57,312 nucleotides of DNA, taken from assembly GCA_964007735.1 (NCBI GenBank), contig CAXGAI010000030.1, positions 1 to 57,312 of the forward strand, written 5' to 3'. The notes beneath the pieces were generated by a model. That model worked only from the letters and a program-made list of their open reading frames with translations. It was not told the DNA's origin and searched no databases. This document shows, one piece after another, positions 39,907-49,289 of the stretch (positions within the stretch are counted from its first letter, which is position 1; each line of letters begins with the position of its first letter). The DNA is from an uncultured Rhodopirellula sp. Lineage in GTDB: Bacteria; Planctomycetota; Planctomycetia; Pirellulales; Pirellulaceae. Position numbers and translations under genes: made by a program.

Positions 39907-40129
39907 GCGTGCCGCCTGTCCTGTCTCGGTAAACAGGCTGCGTGTTTAAACGATTAAATCCATGTCATCGTCTTGTTAAACACTGGTTTTCTATGAATCA
40001 CTTAGGCGATATTCCTTAGGTAACGACACAGTAAAAGCTGTTTTTGCAGTCTATTGTATTTGAACTATTCAGGGAAGATAGTTGTGGATGACCTCCGGCA
40101 GTAGGTTGTCCTGTGATAGGGAGATTCAC

Positions 40130-40975
40130 ATGTTTCGCACGCTAAGTTTAGGGGCGCTCTTAACTAGCCTCTTATTGACCGGCCAATTAGTTTACGGCCA
40201 ACAATCGACACCATTGAAAATCGCCGACGCCAAAAGACCAGGCGAGCCCGCCGCGGCACATCCTCTTGATCCGGCGTTAACCATGGCATCTAAAGGACTC
40301 GAGATATCACGGAACACCGTCAGGGATTATACGGCAACCCTCGTAAAACGCGAACGCGTAGAAGGCGAACTGCAAGCGACCGAGTATATTTACCTAAAGG
40401 TTCGCAATCCGAAGCCGCAAGTACCCTTCTCAGTTTATATGTATTTTCTAAAACCGGCTGAAGCAAAAGGGCGGGAAGTCATTTATGTCGATGGTCGTGA
40501 TGAAAATAAGATGCTAGTCCATGAGGGCGGGGGAGGCATCAAAGGGGCTTTGCCTAACCTTGAGTTGGATCCTAATGGGTTTTTGGCCATGAAAGGGCAA
40601 CGTTATCCGTTAACGGAAGTAGGTATTGAGAACCTAATGAAGCAGTTGCTGCAGCGTGGGAATCGCGACCGAGCCGCAGGTACGTGCAAGGTTCAGTTTC
40701 GTAAAGGGGCTAAGATTAACGGACGCGTTTGTACCCTCATTCAAGTCACTCACCCCGAGAAAAGGGCGCCATATGATTTTCATATTGCACAGATTTTCGT
40801 TGATGACCTCCTGGGTATGCCAATACGCTACGCGTCTTACGACTGGCCGAAAAACGCGGAAGCACGCCCCGAGCTCATCGAGGAATATACCTATCTGAAT
40901 CTCAAGATCAACGTCGGCCTGAAAGCTATTGATTTTGACCACGAAAATCCTAACTACGCGTTTAAGAGAGAATAA
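40130..40975 (+). CDS. DUF1571 domain protein
   Basis: Signal peptide, DYTATLVKRERV, PFSVYMYF, GREVIYVDG, RYPLTEVG, EEYTY. The ORF extends to 40082. Confidence 0.8.
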   Translation: MFRTLSLGALLTSLLLTGQLVYGQQSTPLKIADAKRPGEPAAAHPLDPALTMASKGLEISRNTVRDYTATLVKRERVEGELQATEYIYLKVRNPKPQVPFSVYMYFLKPAEAKGREVIYVDGRDENKMLVHEGGGGIKGALPNLELDPNGFLAMKGQRYPLTEVGIENLMKQLLQRGNRDRAAGTCKVQFRKGAKINGRVCTLIQVTHPEKRAPYDFHIAQIFVDDLLGMPIRYASYDWPKNAEARPELIEEYTYLNLKINVGLKAIDFDHENPNYAFKRE

Positions 40976-41057
40976 GTCTTTCCGGTACTGCTCGGGCTTC
41001 TAGGCTCGGTCAACTTAATTTAGCCGCATGACTTGACTCGAAAAAGGTATTAGTGAA

Positions 41058-41240
41058 ATGAAAATTATTACATTGTTAGTTCTTACCGGATCATTAATGG
41101 TATTTGGCTGCGGTAAACGCAAGACCACTCCCCCGCCTGAAGTTGATACCGAAGTAAGTGAATTGGAAATTGACTTCGGGGATGAGTTTTTGCCGATAGA
41201 TGGAAGTGGTGACAGCTTCGATATCAGTGTCGGGGAGTAG
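41058..41240 (+). CDS. Small putative lipoprotein
   Basis: MK plus hydrophobic stretch plus VFGC lipobox-like site, acidic tail, AAGG upstream, terminator downstream. Confidence 0.6.
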   Translation: MKIITLLVLTGSLMVFGCGKRKTTPPPEVDTEVSELEIDFGDEFLPIDGSGDSFDISVGE

Positions 41241-41271
41241 CCAAACGGGGTGATAGATACTCCATTGATAT

Positions 41272-41325
41272 AAACCGCTAGTCCAACATTATTGCGGGTG
41301 TTTGTTGGAGTAGCGGTTTTTTTTT
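41272..41325 (+). terminator. Intrinsic terminator
   Basis: AAACCGCTAGTCCAACA / TGTTGGAGTAGCGGTTT stem with one mismatch, ending in a 9-T run. Confidence 0.75.
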
Positions 41326-41334
41326 GAAGGTCGA

Positions 41335-42312
41335 TTGTCAAAAATGAAGGTAGCTACAGCGCAGTTCGAACACAGGTCAGGAGATATCGAATATAACCTG
41401 GGTAAAGTCCGGGGTTTAAGCATCGAAGCGGGCCGTAGTGGATGTGAGGTGATTGCCTTTCCGGAATGTTGCCTTACTGGATATTGGTACTTACGCAAAC
41501 TGAACCGGGCTAGATTGGTCGACTTAGCCGAAACCCTCATTGAACAAGCTGTTTTTCCGGCGATTGCGAAGCTAGCGAGCGAAAATAACATATCCATCGG
41601 GATTGGATATGTAGAATACGATCGTCTGCTCGGCAAGCTGTTCAATTCTTATTCAGTCATTGGACCGGACGGTGAATTAGCGAAACATCGCAAGCTACAC
41701 TGTTTTATAAGCCCAAATTTGGAATCTGGTGAAAATTACACCGTTTTTGAACTCCCCAACGGAAGGCTGTGTGGCATCCTAATTTGTTATGACAATAACA
41801 TTGTCGAAAACGTTCGAGCCACGGCTCTAGCTGGGGCTGAAATTTTAATAGCGCCGCATCAAACCGGTGGGTGCAATTCGGGGAGCCCGCAAGCAATGGG
41901 GCTTGTCGATATCGAAGTGTGGAATAATAGGCTACATGCTCCTGAAGCGATCGAGGCCGAATTGAAAGGTGATAAAGGAAGGGGATGGTTAATGCGGTGG
42001 CTACCTGCTCGTGCCCACGACAACGGACTCTTTGTGATATTTAGTAATGGGATTGGCTGGGATGACAATGAAATACGCACTGGCAACTCCATGGTTATTG
42101 ACCCCTACGGCCGTATCATCCAAGAGACTTCTCATGCCGGCGACGCATTAGTAACCGCGGAACTCGACTTTTCAATTCAAGCTTCCAGTACGGGCCGCCG
42201 TTGGTTACGTGCGCGAAGACCCGAGTTATATAACAGCCTCATCAAGAAAAATGCTAATCCGGAAACGACACGGGACGTGCGTTTTGAACATCTTAACCAG
42301 GATGAAATTTAA
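41335..42312 (+). CDS. Carbon-nitrogen hydrolase (nitrilase family)
   Basis: FPEC, HRKLH, LICYD catalytic Glu-Lys-Cys triad, ARRPELY. Confidence 0.9.
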   Translation: MSKMKVATAQFEHRSGDIEYNLGKVRGLSIEAGRSGCEVIAFPECCLTGYWYLRKLNRARLVDLAETLIEQAVFPAIAKLASENNISIGIGYVEYDRLLGKLFNSYSVIGPDGELAKHRKLHCFISPNLESGENYTVFELPNGRLCGILICYDNNIVENVRATALAGAEILIAPHQTGGCNSGSPQAMGLVDIEVWNNRLHAPEAIEAELKGDKGRGWLMRWLPARAHDNGLFVIFSNGIGWDDNEIRTGNSMVIDPYGRIIQETSHAGDALVTAELDFSIQASSTGRRWLRARRPELYNSLIKKNANPETTRDVRFEHLNQDEI

Positions 42313-43199
42313 CGACGTTGTGCTACGCGTAATTTGGCACTCCTGCTTCTGGGATTCGCATGAATTTCTTCGTCTTCCGCTGTAATTGGTTTGCGTGTCA
42401 CGACTTCTAATCGTTCATCTTCGCGGAAGGCCCGTTTCACACGACGGTCCTCAAGTGAATGGAAGCTGATAATAGCCAATCGCCCCCCTGGCTTGATAAG
42501 ATTCGGAAGTCGTTTGAGCGCTATTTCAAGGGAGCGGAGCTCATCATTCACAGCGATTCTAAGGGCCTGAAAGGTACGGGTCGCGGGATGAATCCTTTGT
42601 TGCGCTGCTTTAGGGTAGCACCCATAGATGACATCAGCGATTTGTTTTGCTGAACGTAATTCCTGACGGTCTCGCAATTCGACCAATTTCCGCGCGATAC
42701 GACGTGAGAGTCGTTCTTCTCCATATTCAAAAATCAAATTGGCGAGATGCTCCTGCCGCATTCTATTAATGAGGCGATAGGCGGGTTCGCCCACATGGGT
42801 ATCAAAGCGTAGATCTAGCGGGCCTTCCGAATGAAAACTAAAGCCACGAGTATCGTCTTCCAATTGATCTGACGAGAGCCCTAAATCGAGTAAGATTCCA
42901 TCTACTTTATCTATTTGGAGTTCTTCTAGTACCTCAGTCGATTCAGAAAAATTGCTCTGGCATAATACGACCGGTTGCCCAGCAAGTGAACGCTCGCACC
43001 GAGCGATCGCCAGCGGGTCACGGTCCAGGCCGATCACAAGGCCTTCTTTGCCAACGGCTTCCGCGATCATGCGAGTGTGCCCACCACCGCCCAATGTGCC
43101 GTCGATAATAATCCCGTTGGGTTCTAGGCAGAGGCTGTCGATCGCTTCCCTTGGTAGTACGGCAGTATGGATGGTTTGATTTACGATCTTTTCAGTCAT
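42309..43199 (-). CDS. rsmH: 16S rRNA m4C1402 methyltransferase RsmH
   Basis: HTAVL, DGTLGGGGH, DLGLSSDQL, PLDLR, HPATRTFQALRIAVNDEL, SFHSLEDR, NPRSRSAKLR. Start placed at the ATG at 43199. Confidence 0.95.
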   Translation of the reverse strand: MTEKIVNQTIHTAVLPREAIDSLCLEPNGIIIDGTLGGGGHTRMIAEAVGKEGLVIGLDRDPLAIARCERSLAGQPVVLCQSNFSESTEVLEELQIDKVDGILLDLGLSSDQLEDDTRGFSFHSEGPLDLRFDTHVGEPAYRLINRMRQEHLANLIFEYGEERLSRRIARKLVELRDRQELRSAKQIADVIYGCYPKAAQQRIHPATRTFQALRIAVNDELRSLEIALKRLPNLIKPGGRLAIISFHSLEDRRVKRAFREDERLEVVTRKPITAEDEEIHANPRSRSAKLRVAQRR

Positions 43200-44277
43200 G
43201 TCTATGATCCCACTCATACGCTTCGAGATACCGGCGAACCATTTTATCCGCGGTGAACTCTGAACTGATGACATTGTGATTCGACTTGCCGAGGGAATCC
43301 AGCTTTTCCGGATCCCACAAAAGCATCTGCGTTGCGCCCGTTTGCCATTGATCTCGGCGGTATATTTGAGGAGAGGACTTCCCAAGCAATTCCACGACAC
43401 CGTCGACAGGGGTCGAGCATACTGGTATACCCAGCGTCATCGCCTCCATAACCACATTAGGCATTCCTTCCCAACGGCTGGGAAACAAGAAAAGCTTTGC
43501 CTTCGCAAGGATGGCGGCAGCGTCATCGCGATACCCAGTGAGATGAATCCGTTCACGGGACTTAAGCTTCGCGACGGTTCTTTCGAGTTTATGCCTAATA
43601 GGTCCATCACCAATGATGTATAAATGTCGCTGAGGAAAATCATCTAAGAGCTTCGGCGTGGCGCTCAGAAGCGTATCCAGACCTTTTTGTTGGTCAAGTC
43701 GCCCAATAAAAACAAGTGGCTCGTCAGAACTAGTTACGTCTTCGGGCCATTTTTTACTCCCAGCAGACTTCACTGCATTCATGTCTACGCCATTTCCGAT
43801 CGTCCAGAGTTTGGTTGAAGAGTTCCCAAAAAAGGCTGCGGCGTACATTTGTACATCCTTCGACACGCAAATTACACCGCTCCAATCTGACGAGAATCTG
43901 GCTAAAAGGCGATATCGCCAGCGACGGGGGTCTTTAACCCGCAGCCCTACAAAGTGGGGTATGTGACCGCTGCAAATACTCGTTAAGAGATTAGCATGAT
44001 AGAGGAACGACTGTATAAGGTCTGGCTTCAGCCTCCGCAATGTAGACCGTAACTTGATTATTGCCCTAAGGAATGACCACTTCGAACGGCAATTTAGATA
44101 AAAGACTGTGATGCCCACGCGATACAACTTTTCGGTCAGCATTTGGTTGTGCGGACGCGGCCCAAGCGAAATTACCGTGATATCGTGCCCCAAGCTAGCT
44201 AAACCAATAGCCAACTTAACGAGATTTCGCTCAGCGCCGCCAGGCTCCAATTCAGTGATAACTAGCGATATTTTCAT
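43192..44277 (-). CDS. Glycosyltransferase family 4 (GT-B)
   Basis: GGAE, NGVD, IGRLDQQKG, PSRWEGMPNVVMEAM. Confidence 0.92.
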   Translation of the reverse strand: MKISLVITELEPGGAERNLVKLAIGLASLGHDITVISLGPRPHNQMLTEKLYRVGITVFYLNCRSKWSFLRAIIKLRSTLRRLKPDLIQSFLYHANLLTSICSGHIPHFVGLRVKDPRRWRYRLLARFSSDWSGVICVSKDVQMYAAAFFGNSSTKLWTIGNGVDMNAVKSAGSKKWPEDVTSSDEPLVFIGRLDQQKGLDTLLSATPKLLDDFPQRHLYIIGDGPIRHKLERTVAKLKSRERIHLTGYRDDAAAILAKAKLFLFPSRWEGMPNVVMEAMTLGIPVCSTPVDGVVELLGKSSPQIYRRDQWQTGATQMLLWDPEKLDSLGKSNHNVISSEFTADKMVRRYLEAYEWDHRHD

Positions 44278-44411
44278 GTTGGTTACGGTTTTTTTTGAAC
44301 AATTTACCCTGTCTATATACAGTATCAGCTACTAGGTTGTTCAACCAATGCCAAAATAATCGGTGCATGGCATCTTGCATGTTGTTGAGCCGAAGTCATG
44401 ATATTGACGTC

Positions 44412-45458
44412 ATGTTTGATTTAAGCGATTACCATTACGACTTACCGCCGGAGTTGATAGCTCAACAACCGCCCAAAGAGCGAACCGATGCTCGCATGAT
44501 GGTTGTCAATCGAACAAGCGGATGTATATCAAATCTTCATATCCGCGATTTCCCATCTGTGATTAATTCCCAAGACGGTATCGTGATTAATGATACGAAA
44601 GTCGTGCCCGCCCGCCTTCGTGGCACACGACTGAAAACCGGCGGTAAATGGGAGGGGTTATTTATTAAATGTACCTCGGACGGAAAATGGGTCATCCTCA
44701 GTAAGACACGAGGTAAAATTCAGCCCAGCGAGCGTGTTGGCCTCGTGGACGTACGAGGTGTCGAGCAATACTCCATACAATTTGTAAGGCAAAATGAGGC
44801 CGGACTATGGGTCGTTAAGCCCTCGGATTCCCGGCCATTTTTAGAGCTTCTCAATCTGGTAGGGGAAGTTCCACTGCCGCCCTATATCCGTGGAGGCCGG
44901 TCCGTACCAACAGACCTGAACAATTACCAGACGGTATACGCGCGAAAGCCTGGTGCAGTGGCGGCTCCTACCGCTGGTCTCCATTTCACCGAAGCCTTGT
45001 TGTCACGAATCGCAAAACAAGGGACGCTTGTTGAAAAAGTCACCCTGCATGTGGGAATAGGTACGTTTCGTCCGATGGTAAATGATGATATTAGAACCCA
45101 TCAGATGCATAGCGAATGGGGTTGTATTGATCAATCGACGGCAGACAACTTATCCAGACTACGCAATAACGGCGGTCGCATCTGCAGTGTTGGCACGACC
45201 TCTGTTCGCGTCCTTGAAACCTGTGCCGACGCAAATGGACTCTCGAGTTGGGAAGGGCAGACGGACCTTTACATTTCCCCGGGCTATCGTTTCCGCAGCG
45301 TTGACGCCTTACTTACTAACTTCCATTTGCCAAAATCGTCCCTACTCGTTTTGGTCAGGACTTTTGGAGGACAAGATTTAATAAAAGAAGCTTATTCTAA
45401 GGCGATTGAGTTGAGATATCGATTTTACAGCTACGGCGACGCGATGCTGATTATCTGA
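44412..45458 (+). CDS. queA: S-adenosylmethionine:tRNA ribosyltransferase-isomerase
   Basis: YDLPPELIAQQP, NDTKV, PLPPYI, YQTVYA, AAPTAGLHF, VGTT, TNFHLP, FYSYGDAM. The ORF extends to 44295. Confidence 0.96.
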   Translation: MFDLSDYHYDLPPELIAQQPPKERTDARMMVVNRTSGCISNLHIRDFPSVINSQDGIVINDTKVVPARLRGTRLKTGGKWEGLFIKCTSDGKWVILSKTRGKIQPSERVGLVDVRGVEQYSIQFVRQNEAGLWVVKPSDSRPFLELLNLVGEVPLPPYIRGGRSVPTDLNNYQTVYARKPGAVAAPTAGLHFTEALLSRIAKQGTLVEKVTLHVGIGTFRPMVNDDIRTHQMHSEWGCIDQSTADNLSRLRNNGGRICSVGTTSVRVLETCADANGLSSWEGQTDLYISPGYRFRSVDALLTNFHLPKSSLLVLVRTFGGQDLIKEAYSKAIELRYRFYSYGDAMLII

Positions 45459-46649
45459 CTAACCAGATTTCATTGCCCTCAAGCGGGATACACTTCGCGT
45501 TACAAGCTCAATCGCGAAATCGATTTCATCCTCTGTGTTGAATCGTCCGAGGCCGAATCTCAAACTTGCTCTTGTCATATCATCGGACAATCCAATTGAT
45601 CTCAAAACGTGACTCGGCTCTGGATTTGTCGAACTGCATGCACTACCGCTCGAAACAGCAAGTTCGCGCATGCTCATCATCAAAGCCTCGCCGTCCACGT
45701 TAGAGAATGAGATGTTTAGGTTATTCGGGAGACGGATAGCAGGTAGTTTCAGCGACGGACCATTTAAAACCAGATCCGGGATACGTTCGGCTAGATGGGT
45801 GTAAAGCCGATTTCTTTTTTCAGAAAGAGATCGATTTTCAACGGCCATCTCGTTGACAGCAATCTGCATGGCGGTAGCCATACCAACGATGCCGGCCGGG
45901 TTGACCGTACCGCTACGAAGGCCATTTTCCTGCCCACCACCTGTAACGAGAGGCTCAAGCCGGACGTTGGGCGAGCGTTTGCGGACGAATAGGGCACCAA
46001 TACCCTTCGGTCCGTAAAACTTGTGAGCAGAGATACTCAGGAGATCGACTTTCATATGCTGTACGTCTATTAAGACCCTACCCACGGCCTGAGTTGCATC
46101 GCAGTGGAACAAGACATCCTTCCGTTTACAGATCTCTCCGATAGCCGCGATATCTTGAACGACGCCGATTTCGTTATTCGCGAGCATAACAGATACTAGA
46201 CAGGTATCCGTACGTATTGCCTCAGTTAGGCTATCCAGATCGATTCGTCCGGCTGTAGGCGTTTCATACTGGTCAACGTCTAAAAGCGTGATCTCATAGC
46301 CGTTCCGCGAAAGGCGATCTAATGGGTCAAGTACTGCATGGTGTTCCGTTTTTATACTGACAATATGATTGCCTCGCCGGCGTTTCCTTTCGAGGACACC
46401 CCTAATGGCAAGGTTATTGCTCTCGGTGGCCCCGCTGGTAAATACGATCTCGGAGGACTTAGCGTTGAGAAGGTCGGCAATTGATTGTCGAGCTTCCTTT
46501 ACAAACGCTGCTGCGTCCCAACCAAAAACGTGGTTCACGCTGCCGGGGTTGCCATAAACGTCATGAAAAAGCGGGAGCATCGCTTCGACGACGCGAGGAT
46601 CGACCCGAGTAGTGGAGTGATTATCCATGTAAACGGGTGTCAGGACCAT
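45459..46649 (-). CDS. iscS: Cysteine desulfurase (IscS/NifS, group I)
   Basis: YMDNHSTT, GNPGS, FTSGATESNN, SAHKFYGPKG, RSGT, SSGSACSS. Start placed at 46649. Confidence 0.92.
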   Translation of the reverse strand: MVLTPVYMDNHSTTRVDPRVVEAMLPLFHDVYGNPGSVNHVFGWDAAAFVKEARQSIADLLNAKSSEIVFTSGATESNNLAIRGVLERKRRRGNHIVSIKTEHHAVLDPLDRLSRNGYEITLLDVDQYETPTAGRIDLDSLTEAIRTDTCLVSVMLANNEIGVVQDIAAIGEICKRKDVLFHCDATQAVGRVLIDVQHMKVDLLSISAHKFYGPKGIGALFVRKRSPNVRLEPLVTGGGQENGLRSGTVNPAGIVGMATAMQIAVNEMAVENRSLSEKRNRLYTHLAERIPDLVLNGPSLKLPAIRLPNNLNISFSNVDGEALMMSMRELAVSSGSACSSTNPEPSHVLRSIGLSDDMTRASLRFGLGRFNTEDEIDFAIELVTRSVSRLRAMKSG

Positions 46650-46671
46650 ATAGCAGACTCCAAAAAGATCT

Positions 46672-47289
46672 TCAGGAAAACAATGCTTGGAGGCAAATAG
46701 ACGACCATGTTTCAAACCCTTCGAGATTATCTAGGAGTTCTGTGACGGGTTGAAAACCATTCCCTTCAATTTCCTCTTCGTTTGAGCGGACGCGTGGAGC
46801 TTCAACGTCACAAATATGAACAATGCCGAGGTGAACTTTGCCAACTTCCGTTTCGTCATCATTAATGAGGCCGACCAGTTTTAGCACATAGGGAGTTTCA
46901 ATGATTACTTCCTCTTTTAACTCACGCGCCATCCCATCATGATACGGATCAGCGTCTTTGGAATCACCGTCTTCCTGGGATATATGACCACCAATGCCAA
47001 CTGACTTCTTAGAAACCAAACGTTTCTCTCCAGACGCCCCCCCTCTTGAATATTGGTAAAGACTAACGGCACCGCTATCATCTATGTACCTGAAAATAAC
47101 GTAGGGTATAAGTTGTTTGAAGTTTGGGTCTTGTTCCATTTGAGGACGAGGGCGATAGCTGATATTTTCAACGTCGAATAGGGTGTCCAGATATGTATCC
47201 ACGTCGGCTGTGAAGCCCTGAAAATAACCTAAAGAGTGAAAAAGGTCGGTTGGAACGACCAGGACGTGTTCGACTTCGGCCTGATTCAT
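46672..47289 (-). CDS. Predicted NUDIX-family phosphoesterase
   Basis: EQDPNFKQLIPY, GEKRL, SVGIGGHI, RELKEE, VGKVHLG, ETWS. Confidence 0.8.
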   Translation of the reverse strand: MNQAEVEHVLVVPTDLFHSLGYFQGFTADVDTYLDTLFDVENISYRPRPQMEQDPNFKQLIPYVIFRYIDDSGAVSLYQYSRGGASGEKRLVSKKSVGIGGHISQEDGDSKDADPYHDGMARELKEEVIIETPYVLKLVGLINDDETEVGKVHLGIVHICDVEAPRVRSNEEEIEGNGFQPVTELLDNLEGFETWSSICLQALFS

Positions 47290-47576
47290 AAAATTATTCC
47301 CCGTGACGTTTCGTTATTGTTGTGATGTTTCCATAAGTTTACGTAAGCATGCAATTATATAGTTTCATTGGTAATAACACAGGCCCTTATGCATGTTAGC
47401 CAATGGTGTCTTATCTCCCGAAAGACCTTTCCAATATTCTTTGCTTTAGTTATCCTAAGGTTGTTTAGTCTAGGCTGTACTTTATGTAATTAATCGCAAT
47501 AGTATGCTGAGGACTTTTAGACAACGTTAATAATTAGAACATACATCAATCGATAGAACCCGGAGTTTAAGCGATC

Positions 47577-47909
47577 ATGGCAATCACTCTAACTGAAAAA
47601 GCCGCTGTGGAAGTAAAACGTGTCCTTGAAGAACAAAAAATGGATGACGAAACTTGCCTTCGTATCGGTGTCGTAGGTGGTGGGTGCAGTGGCTTCAGCT
47701 ACTCACTTAAGTTTGAAAGCGGATTTGATGAATCGGCGGACAGTAAATTCGATTACCATGGTGTCGGCGTCATTGTCGACAAGAAAAGCGCTTTGTACCT
47801 TGATGGAACAGTGATAGATTGGTACGACGGGTTGGATCGTCGAGGTTTTACCTTCGAAAACCCAAATGCTGTAAAATCCTGCGGTTGTGGAAGCTCATTT
47901 CAAGCTTGA
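47577..47909 (+). CDS. iscA: A-type Fe-S carrier protein (IscA/ErpA/HesB)
   Basis: [22 protein letters not shown]. Confidence 0.93.
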   Translation: MAITLTEKAAVEVKRVLEEQKMDDETCLRIGVVGGGCSGFSYSLKFESGFDESADSKFDYHGVGVIVDKKSALYLDGTVIDWYDGLDRRGFTFENPNAVKSCGCGSSFQA

Positions 47910-47932
47910 GTTTTCTCCGGATGGATTCTTAC

Positions 47933-47962
47933 AAACACTCGTCCGTTGGCGGGTGTTTTTTT
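47933..47962 (+). terminator. Intrinsic terminator after iscA
   Basis: AAACACTCGTC-CGTT-GGCGGGTGTTT hairpin (with G-U pairs) and a 7-T run. Confidence 0.7.
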
Positions 47963-48015
47963 GTGTGCGAATAATTGGACTCTTTGTTAATTCGACATCT
48001 TTCGGGGAAACTATT

Positions 48016-49260
48016 TTGGCTTGCGTTAATAAGATCTACATCATTGGTATTGGCGACGATGGGGCCGATGGAATGACAAGCCGCGCTTTGGATCTGGTGA
48101 AATCGACTGATCTTTTAATAGGTCCATCGTCATTAACCTCCTCGTTTGAATCCGGCGTCGCTCAATGCTGGGACGCCGGTACAGATTTTGAGGCGTTGGC
48201 TGATAGGTTAGAGAAAAATAACGAGGATAAAGTCGTCGTTCTAGCCCCCGGGGATCCCCTTTTTTACGGTACCGCTCGGTTCCTTTGTGATCGCTTGGGA
48301 AAAGAACGGTTTGAGGTCCTGCCTCACGTTAGTTCCATGCAACTTGCCTTCGCCCGAGTCAAGGAAAGTTGGGATGAAGCGTATTTAACGAGTCTATCTA
48401 ACAAGCCCTTAGAACACGTTGTTAATAAGGTACGTTCCGCCGAGCGTGTTGGGGTTTTCACCTCCCATGACAAAACTCCCTCCATATTGGCTCGCGCTTT
48501 ATTAGACGCCAAAATCGATTATTTCACAGCGTACGTTTGTGAAAATCTGGGCTCTCCCGATGAGCGAGTCACCTCTGGCGAACTGGTGGAAATTGTTGAT
48601 ACTGAGTTTAGCGAACTAAATGTGATGATTCTGCTGCGAAAACCTGACATGCCGGATCGGCCGATCGAGATGTTAGGACGGCGACTCTTCGGCAATCCGG
48701 ACGAATTCTTCTTGCAGACAAAGCCCAAAAGAGGCCTCCTTACGAACGCCGAAATCCGCGTGATCGCCTTATCAGAATTAGATATCGGTCCCAACAGTAT
48801 TGTTTGGGATATCGGGGCGGGTAGCGGTAGCGTGGCGATCGAAGGGGCGCAGTTAGCTAGTAACGGTCATGTATATGCTGTCGAAATGGACACTGAAGAC
48901 TTTGAACTTATTAAACGCAACGCCGCAAGGTTTGGATTAGAAAACCTGACACCCATCCTTGGACAGGCACCTGACGCATGGAAGAAGTTACCCGATCCCG
49001 ACGCTATCTTCGTCGGCGGTACCGGCCGACAACTAGCAAATATCATAAAAAACGCTATGGAGCGACTTAAATCGGGCGGCCGAATCGTCGCGGATATGAC
49101 GAGTATTGAGAATCTGCATGAAGTGCAGGCAGTTCTTCGCGATGTGACAGGGGATGTCAATATCCTAATGGTTAATGTTTCGAGAGGAAATTATCAGCTT
49201 GAACGCTTAAGTTTCGATGCATCAACCCCAAAATTTGTCGTTTCTGCTGTGAAGCCATAA
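48016..49260 (+). CDS. cbiET: Bifunctional precorrin-6Y C5,15-methyltransferase (CbiE-CbiT / CobL)
   Basis: IIGIG, GDPLFYG, SSMQLAFAR, ENLG, WDIGAGSGSVAIE, PDAIFVGG. TTG start at 48016 lies downstream of the iscA terminator. Confidence 0.9.
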   Translation: MACVNKIYIIGIGDDGADGMTSRALDLVKSTDLLIGPSSLTSSFESGVAQCWDAGTDFEALADRLEKNNEDKVVVLAPGDPLFYGTARFLCDRLGKERFEVLPHVSSMQLAFARVKESWDEAYLTSLSNKPLEHVVNKVRSAERVGVFTSHDKTPSILARALLDAKIDYFTAYVCENLGSPDERVTSGELVEIVDTEFSELNVMILLRKPDMPDRPIEMLGRRLFGNPDEFFLQTKPKRGLLTNAEIRVIALSELDIGPNSIVWDIGAGSGSVAIEGAQLASNGHVYAVEMDTEDFELIKRNAARFGLENLTPILGQAPDAWKKLPDPDAIFVGGTGRQLANIIKNAMERLKSGGRIVADMTSIENLHEVQAVLRDVTGDVNILMVNVSRGNYQLERLSFDASTPKFVVSAVKP

Positions 49261-49289
49261 TTACCACAACATTGAACAAGGGAAAGTAA

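Noticed and set aside
43199..43400. N-terminal extensions of rsmH (and similarly sulfatase 24272, iscS 46715, cbiET 47887)
   Set aside because: The extensions overlap neighbouring genes or a terminator and lack family motifs. Downstream starts fit better.
47910..48015. Cobalamin riboswitch before cbiET
   Set aside because: The region is short and shows only a terminator hairpin, with no recognisable B12-box.
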